The notes under the pieces are model-generated. The model was not told where the DNA came from. It saw only the letters and a program-made list of their open reading frames with translations, and made no database searches. Positions 58,162 through 64,000 of a DNA stretch of 64,000 nucleotides are shown here, piece after piece. The position numbers and the translations under genes were made by a program. Position 1 is the stretch's first letter. Each line of letters starts with the position of its first letter. This DNA is from Nitrosarchaeum sp. (GTDB lineage: Archaea; Thermoproteota; Nitrososphaeria; Nitrososphaerales; Nitrosopumilaceae). The DNA lies in the NCBI GenBank assembly GCA_965223865.1, contig OZ245020.1, positions 1,568,001 to 1,632,000 on the forward strand. Direction: 5' to 3'.

Positions 58162-58944
58162 TTAATTATTTTTCTTTTGTTCTCTTTCCCATTGTTTCAT
58201 GGTCTTTTTGTACTCTTTAGAATCATAGTGTCTACCTGCATTGGCTCTCAAGACATTCAATGGGGTTTTCACCAAACCTATCATAAATTCACAAGCAAAC
58301 AGATATTCTTGTTCAGTAAGATATCTTCCCAATACACTAATCCATGCTTCAGATCCAGAAGTATACAAAAATGCATTTTCTTGATTTTTAGGTTTTAGAG
58401 TTCCTTTAACAATCTCTTTGGTTAGCATTACATCAAATAATGTTGGAAGGGCAAACCAGGTTGGTTTATTTTTATCATTTTTTTGTAAAATAGAGGGCAG
58501 CCCATATCTAAACTGAATTTTTTCATCTTCAACAACAATCCCAACATTTGAGATATTTTCTGTTTCATATTTTACTTGAATTTCTCTAGTTCTGGAATTT
58601 TCTAACTGGAAGAAATAATCGTTTAATGTAACCCATGCATTTCTTTTCTCATCATACCATGCATCATTCCAAATGTGTTCATCCGGAATATTTTGAGGTA
58701 TGTTTAGATGTCTAAAATATTCCGTATTTTTCGAATAATCTATTGCCGTTATAAGTTCTGAAATGTTTGATTTTGTTTTCGATATTTTTTCTAGTGTTTG
58801 TAATATTTCTTGTTGTTTTCCCGTACTTTCATCAAAATTATTTTCTAGTTGTACCAATGTCTTTTGATTTTCTTTTAACATTTTCTTCAAAAACGGAATC
58901 TGAACTCCTTTTGGGAATTTTTGATTATTTTGTGAAAGCATCAA
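58162..58944 (-). CDS. hypothetical protein with N-terminal coiled coil
   Basis: 260-aa ORF; CTTTTTATGCAAAC promoter upstream. Confidence 0.72.
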   Translation of the reverse strand: MMLSQNNQKFPKGVQIPFLKKMLKENQKTLVQLENNFDESTGKQQEILQTLEKISKTKSNISELITAIDYSKNTEYFRHLNIPQNIPDEHIWNDAWYDEKRNAWVTLNDYFFQLENSRTREIQVKYETENISNVGIVVEDEKIQFRYGLPSILQKNDKNKPTWFALPTLFDVMLTKEIVKGTLKPKNQENAFLYTSGSEAWISVLGRYLTEQEYLFACEFMIGLVKTPLNVLRANAGRHYDSKEYKKTMKQWEREQKKNN

Positions 58945-59159
58945 TTAGAATAACCCTCGTTTGCATAAAAAGACTGGGATTCTTTTGAATGTGAACCACA
59001 GTGTTTGGCAAGAATTGTGCTTAAATTAAATTGAGCATTTACCAACATGGAAGAGATAATCCACATTCCAAAAAACAAATTGCTTGAATTAAAAAAATCA
59101 GTGGACCAATACAGAAATGAAATAAAAAAGATAAGATCAGACATTGCACAATGAGTCCT

Positions 59160-60488
59160 TTAGTTATCAGTCCTTTGCTTGAGCAATTCCTCAAATATCA
59201 AATCAATCTTGTCTCCAAGTTTTTCCACATTCTCCAGTCTATGTACAATAGAATCCATAGTGTGCTGTTGGGATACGGTAGTCTTTTCTAACAGTTTTGC
59301 ATCAAGAATATAACCGCATTTTGCACACCTCTGTCTTTCAGGGGTGTTATCGTGCTCACAACGTGGGCATTTTTTTAGCTGGGCAATGGCATTAGAGTTG
59401 TCTTTTTGCTTTATTCCGTGAAGCTCCAAAATTGCGTTTTCTGCATCCTTGCCAGAAAGATGCACGTATCTTGCAGTCATCTTTGATCCTGGTTTCCAAT
59501 TGCCGTACACACGCAGCGTCTGATCAGAGAGTTTTTTTGCCAAGTGTGTAAGTTGAGAGTGCCTCATCAGATAGTTCCAGACTCGTTTTTTTATTCCCGC
59601 TTTTTCCTTGCATCTTTTGAGATGCTCTCGTAGATAACCATAAGATACACGCTTTGTTTTTGAGGACTTCCATAAGGAATACCATAACGGTGCATTAGGG
59701 TCATCTTTTAGTGGGTGCTCATCAAGCCACTCCAAGAGAGGCTTGAATGACACTACCAGTGCAACACTTTTGCTTCCAGTCTTGCCAAATGTACTGACCA
59801 TGACATGGTCATCCCTAAAGTCAATGCCACCAACTCGCAAATGCAACAGCTCTCCTGGACGAAATGCCCCTTCAAACAATACCCAAAACATGGCCCTGTC
59901 TCGCTTGTTTGTAGTCTGGTTGATTATTGCATTTAGTTCATCAAGGGTAAGCAGATCTTTTGGCTGTATTCCTTGTTTGTTTTTGTCCTGATATCTTGAA
60001 GGAGAGATCCACTCAACCTCGTTTACGTATCCTCTCTTCTTGTCCCCAATGTCTCCAGTCTTTGCAAAGTGGACCAATCTCTGTAAGGTCAATGCATATG
60101 CAGACTTTGTCTCACCGGAATAGTTTTTTTGAGATATTAGATTAGAGAGTATGGACTCGCATTGGATTTTTTTGGCGTTTTTTAGCTTGAGGTGCAGTTT
60201 TTCAAATTCTGCAAGTATCAATGGGAGTCGATCGCCGTAATAGCAGAGGCGTGCATCAGATAATCCTACTAGTTTTAGTTTGTCAAGGAATTGGATACAT
60301 TTTTGTCCTTCATGCATCTTGGCAAAACGATTTTTTGCCCATCTTATCTTTCTTGGATAGTTGTAGATATCACCAGAATCATCATAACCCAGAGTCTTCT
60401 TGTCATTGCCAGCATCGCTTTTTACCACATGAACAGATGTCTGGTTTTCATTTAAGGCAGGATTTTTGTCAGAAGGGAGCAACAACAT
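59160..60488 (-). CDS. tyrosine integrase with C-terminal zinc ribbon
   Basis: AFRPGE, GKTG, YLMRHS, GNW, TARYVH; CPRC...CAKC; adjacent to tRNA. Confidence 0.95.
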   Translation of the reverse strand: MLLLPSDKNPALNENQTSVHVVKSDAGNDKKTLGYDDSGDIYNYPRKIRWAKNRFAKMHEGQKCIQFLDKLKLVGLSDARLCYYGDRLPLILAEFEKLHLKLKNAKKIQCESILSNLISQKNYSGETKSAYALTLQRLVHFAKTGDIGDKKRGYVNEVEWISPSRYQDKNKQGIQPKDLLTLDELNAIINQTTNKRDRAMFWVLFEGAFRPGELLHLRVGGIDFRDDHVMVSTFGKTGSKSVALVVSFKPLLEWLDEHPLKDDPNAPLWYSLWKSSKTKRVSYGYLREHLKRCKEKAGIKKRVWNYLMRHSQLTHLAKKLSDQTLRVYGNWKPGSKMTARYVHLSGKDAENAILELHGIKQKDNSNAIAQLKKCPRCEHDNTPERQRCAKCGYILDAKLLEKTTVSQQHTMDSIVHRLENVEKLGDKIDLIFEELLKQRTDN

Positions 60489-60497
60489 AATAGTATA

Positions 60498-60579
60498 CGC
60501 CAGGTAAGGGATTCGAACCCCTGCACGCTTACGCGTAGCCGTTTTCGAGACGGCCGCCTTACCACTTGGCTAACCTGGC
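60498..60579 (-). tRNA. tRNA-Ser(CGA)
   Basis: GCCAGGT acceptor stem, D-loop TGGTA, anticodon arm GCCGT-CTCGAAA-ACGGC, long variable arm, GTTCGAATC. Confidence 0.97.
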
Positions 60580-60638
60580 ATTTAATCTGAGATTATCTCC
60601 ATAATAAAGCAAATCAGAACTCGAGAAAATACCAAAAA

Positions 60639-60908
60639 TCAAATTTTGTCAATATCAAAGAGTTCATTTTGAAATTTTTCCTTGATTTGTACTTTAGATT
60701 TATTCCATTCTTCATCAGATATTTGATCAGAAAAGATAGAATGAAAATCATCACTTGATAACTTTGACCCTAACAAGTTTTGAATCTCTTTTTTCTCATT
60801 TTCAGATAATGGAAAGTATGAAATGAATTTTGTTACATTTTGCGTTTCATCAGTTTTAATTTCATAAATTTTATCAGAAAGATGTTCAGGCAAATCAAAA
60901 TTTTTCAT
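60639..60908 (-). CDS. hypothetical protein (host)
   Basis: 89-aa ORF outside the element. Confidence 0.7.
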   Translation of the reverse strand: MKNFDLPEHLSDKIYEIKTDETQNVTKFISYFPLSENEKKEIQNLLGSKLSSDDFHSIFSDQISDEEWNKSKVQIKEKFQNELFDIDKI

Positions 60909-60980
60909 AACAAAGGATTCTTTGAAGCAATTAATAAAAATAGATTGTAAAATGTGGATTAATTGATGAATGCAAAAAAA

Positions 60981-61163
60981 TTATTTCTTACGTTTGATAA
61001 AACCAACTCCAATCAAGACAATACCGACAAGAATCCAACCAATGGCATATCCTGAAAGATCCTCTTGAAAACTAACTGCTTCAGTAGCACCGATAGTAAG
61101 GGCCCAGCTTACAATGCCACCAATAATGAAGCTGATTCCTGCCCAAAGAAACCAGTTTTGCAT
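60981..61163 (-). CDS. small 2-TM membrane protein
   Basis: MQNWFLW...; two hydrophobic helices, basic tail. Confidence 0.65.
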   Translation of the reverse strand: MQNWFLWAGISFIIGGIVSWALTIGATEAVSFQEDLSGYAIGWILVGIVLIGVGFIKRKK

Positions 61164-61256
61164 AATTTTAAAAAATATTCTCAAAATATGGGTATTTCCT
61201 TTGTTTCAAAATAAGGACAAACACAAAATACCTCAAAAATTAAGAAAAGTCAAGAA

Positions 61257-62282
61257 ATGGGGTTAAATCTAAAATCTCTTGTAGTCAGGGAAAAAACAAA
61301 ACTAGAATCTTTTTCAAACAAAGTAATTGCAATTGATGCATATAATGCCATTTATCAGTTTCTGGCAATAATTAGAGGTCCTGATGGGATGCAGTTATCA
61401 GATTCGGAAGGAAGAATTACCAGTCACCTAAGCGGATTATTATACAGAAATATCAATTTCTTATCTTTAGGTATAAAACCAGTCTATGTTTTTGATGGAA
61501 AGCCACCCTCTCTAAAGACAGCAGAGATTGAAAGAAGAAAACAGATCAAAAAAGATGCCACTGTAAAATATGAAAAAGCAATAGCTGAAGGAAATCTAGA
61601 AGATGCAAGAAAATATGCACAACAAACTACAAGTATGAAAGATGGAATGGTAGATGATTCAAAGACGTTACTAAAATTTTTTGGAATTCCATTTATTGAT
61701 GCACCATCAGAAGGAGAATCAACTGCTGCGCACTTGACCAACACAGGACAAGCTTTTGCTTCAGCAAGTCAGGATTTTGATTCTGTGTTGTTTGGTGCAA
61801 AAAGACTTGTAAGAAATTTTACAAATAGTGGAAGAAGAAAAATTCCAAACAGAAATACATACATTGACATTGAGCCTGAAGTTATAGAGACTCAAAAAAC
61901 ATTAGAGATGTTAGGATTAACAAGAGAAGAATTAGTCGATGTAGGAATTTTAATTGGAACTGATTTTAATCCAGACGGATTTGAAAGAGTAGGTCCAAAG
62001 ACTGCATTAAAAATGATAAAACAACATAAAAGATTAGAAGATATTCCACAAATCCAAGAACAACTAAAAGAAATAGATTTTAACCAAATAAGAAAAATCT
62101 TTTTGGAACCAAATGTAGCAAAAGTAGATGAGATAATTTTTGACAAAGTTGACTATGAAGGAATTACAAATTATCTAGTAAGAGAGAGAAGTTTTTCAGA
62201 AGACAGAGTACAATCATCTCTTAATCGACTAAAAAAAGCAATTGAAAAGAAAAGTCATAACTTGGATCAGTGGTTCACTTGA
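61257..62282 (+). CDS. fen: flap endonuclease 1
   Basis: [33 protein letters not shown]-terminal PIP box LDQWF. Confidence 0.98.
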   Translation: MGLNLKSLVVREKTKLESFSNKVIAIDAYNAIYQFLAIIRGPDGMQLSDSEGRITSHLSGLLYRNINFLSLGIKPVYVFDGKPPSLKTAEIERRKQIKKDATVKYEKAIAEGNLEDARKYAQQTTSMKDGMVDDSKTLLKFFGIPFIDAPSEGESTAAHLTNTGQAFASASQDFDSVLFGAKRLVRNFTNSGRRKIPNRNTYIDIEPEVIETQKTLEMLGLTREELVDVGILIGTDFNPDGFERVGPKTALKMIKQHKRLEDIPQIQEQLKEIDFNQIRKIFLEPNVAKVDEIIFDKVDYEGITNYLVRERSFSEDRVQSSLNRLKKAIEKKSHNLDQWFT

Positions 62283-62320
62283 AATTTTAATTTAATAATA
62301 AGATAAGAGAAATTCATAAA

Positions 62321-62854
62321 GTGCTACAAACAGAGGCAAGGAAGATTCTCAAAGACGCTCCAATAATGTGGCGAAGAGTCAATTCTATTGGGATTATTCT
62401 TGACTGCAATTCAACGTATGCTGCAAAACTAGGATATGCAAAGTCAGAAATTTTGGGAAAGCCAATTTTTGAGCATGTGCCAAAAGAATCTTGGGAGGCC
62501 ATGAATGAGTCTCTTAAAACATGGTTTGAGACAGGCAAAGTAGTAGATAGAAAAATCATATTTAAAAAACAAGACGGAGGAGAATTCCCAGGAGTATTAC
62601 AAGCAACAAGTCTTTATGATGAGAAAAAAAATCTCATTGGGAGCAATACCGTTATTTTTGATGTAAATGAACTCAGTGATGAAAAAATTACAGAATTTGA
62701 AAACTATTTCAAAGAGGCAAAAAACAGACTCGATGAGATTAAAAATAAAGATTATGAACAGTTTGATGAAAATTCAAAATCAGAGTACAATGGCTTGAAA
62801 AAAATGTTTGATATGTTATTAGAAATAGATCTTAAATCACTAAAAAAAGAATAA
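62321..62854 (+). CDS. PAS domain protein
   Basis: GIILDCN...LGY...EILGK...KKQDG. Confidence 0.85.
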   Translation: MLQTEARKILKDAPIMWRRVNSIGIILDCNSTYAAKLGYAKSEILGKPIFEHVPKESWEAMNESLKTWFETGKVVDRKIIFKKQDGGEFPGVLQATSLYDEKKNLIGSNTVIFDVNELSDEKITEFENYFKEAKNRLDEIKNKDYEQFDENSKSEYNGLKKMFDMLLEIDLKSLKKE

Positions 62855-62859
62855 CAGAG

Positions 62860-64000
62860 TTATTTGTTTTTAATTGACTTTTGCAGTTCCTCAAAAGCTG
62901 TTTGAACTTCGGTCACTGCAGCACCATCTTCTAGAGTACTAATATCGCCAATCTTATCACTATTTGCTATTGCCTTTAGGAGTCTTCTCATAATTTTTCC
63001 ACTTCTAGTCTTTGGAAGTTTTGAGACAAAATAGATTTGTTTTGGAGTTGCAATAGCTCCAATATCTTCTCTAATTTTTGAAATTAATTCTTTTTCTAAG
63101 ACATCAGAATTTTTATCTACGTTTTCTTTTAGAACAGCAAATGCAATAATTACCTCACCTTTTACTTCATCAGGAATTCCACAAACTGCAGATTCTGCAA
63201 CATCATCATGGGATACAATACAACTTTCTAATTCTGCAGTACCTATTCTATGTCCTGCAACCTTTAGTACATCATCAGCTCTTCCAAGTAACCAAAAGTA
63301 TCCATCTTCATCTTTAATTGCATAATCACCTGGATAGTAATAATTTTCATATTTTGACCAGTAAACTTTTTTGTATTTTTCATTATCGCCCCATAATGTC
63401 AAAAGCATTCCAGGCCATGGGTTTTTGATTAAAAGATATCCCTTGGTGTTATCAGGAAGATCATTTCCTTTTTCATCAACAACTGAAATTGAAATTCCTG
63501 GAATTGGTTTTGTCCCAGAACCAGGTTTTAGAGGGATTGTCTCTAGTCCAGGCAGAGGGGAAATCAACATGCCACCTGTTTCTGTTTGCCACCAAGTATC
63601 AATAATTGGACATTTTTCTTTTCCAATTACTTTAAAGTACCATTTCCAGACCTCGGGATTAATAGGCTCACCAACCGTACCAAGTAGTCGAATTGATGAG
63701 AGATCAAAAGAGTTTGGAATATCATCTCCAAATTTCATAAACATTCGCAGTGCTGTAGGAGTGGTGTAAAATATTGTCACCTTGTATTTTTGAATTATAT
63801 TCCACATTCTTGAAGCATCAGGAAAATCAGGTGCTCCTTCATACATTACTTCTGTGGCACCATGAAGCAACGGAGCATATACAACATAGCTGTGACCTGT
63901 CACCCATCCAATATCTGCAGTGCAAAAAAATACATCAGAGTCTTTAATGTCAAATGCCCATTTGAATGTGGAGTACAAATGTGTAAGATACCCACCTGTT
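62860..64000 (-). CDS. acs: acetyl-CoA synthetase, 5'-truncated by the window edge
   Basis: TADIGWVTGHSY, VGEPINP, DTWWQTETG, GRADD, PKTRSGK. Confidence 0.97.
   Translation of the reverse strand, partial: TGGYLTHLYSTFKWAFDIKDSDVFFCTADIGWVTGHSYVVYAPLLHGATEVMYEGAPDFPDASRMWNIIQKYKVTIFYTTPTALRMFMKFGDDIPNSFDLSSIRLLGTVGEPINPEVWKWYFKVIGKEKCPIIDTWWQTETGGMLISPLPGLETIPLKPGSGTKPIPGISISVVDEKGNDLPDNTKGYLLIKNPWPGMLLTLWGDNEKYKKVYWSKYENYYYPGDYAIKDEDGYFWLLGRADDVLKVAGHRIGTAELESCIVSHDDVAESAVCGIPDEVKGEVIIAFAVLKENVDKNSDVLEKELISKIREDIGAIATPKQIYFVSKLPKTRSGKIMRRLLKAIANSDKIGDISTLEDGAAVTEVQTAFEELQKSIKNK

Larger units (their letters stand above)
529..60512. mobile_element. ~60 kb integrative conjugative element inserted in tRNA-Ser(CGA)
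   Basis: Direct repeat CGCCAGGTAAG(c/g)GAT at 529-543 and 60498-60512 (tRNA 3' end); tyrosine integrase abuts the tRNA; VirB4/VirD4/VirB6-like genes inside; housekeeping genes resume after the tRNA. Confidence 0.82.

Overview
AT-rich archaeal DNA, most consistent with Nitrosopumilus-like Thaumarchaeota (archaeal FEN1, IPEWIK-repeat exported proteins, leaderless TATA promoters). About 60 kb of the window (529-60512) appears to be one integrative conjugative element (ICE). It is inserted at the 3' end of tRNA-Ser(CGA) (60498-60579, minus strand) beside a tyrosine integrase, with the att core repeated at 529-543. The element has three parts. (1) A ~26 kb cargo arm for copper, sulfur and redox stress (CopA, cupredoxin, rhodanese, DsrE, TauE, DASS, Spy/CpxP-like pair, many unannotated Cys/His microproteins). 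Two operator motifs sit exactly 10 bp upstream of the TATA boxes of many of its genes. (2) A transfer backbone: VirD4-like ATPase fused to a wHTH/PD-(D/E)xK domain, VirB4, VirB6, pilin-like and surface proteins, an A24 peptidase, a ParB-like protein, a divergent TFB and a stand-alone TFB zinc ribbon. Most transfer genes share a CCTTTTAwryAAA promoter. (3) An AT-rich defence/modification island between virB4 and virB6 (Type IIG-like R-M, RNase J-like MBL, SPL-like radical SAM, TcmP, DUF5131, DUF483-like). Host genes (fen, PAS protein, acs) resume after the tRNA. Strongest novel leads: an element-encoded TFB with a dedicated conjugation promoter class, an integrase promoter formed only on excision, a coupling protein-nuclease fusion as candidate relaxase, and a His/Cys metal-binding peptide family. 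All calls come from reading motifs by eye; no searches were run.
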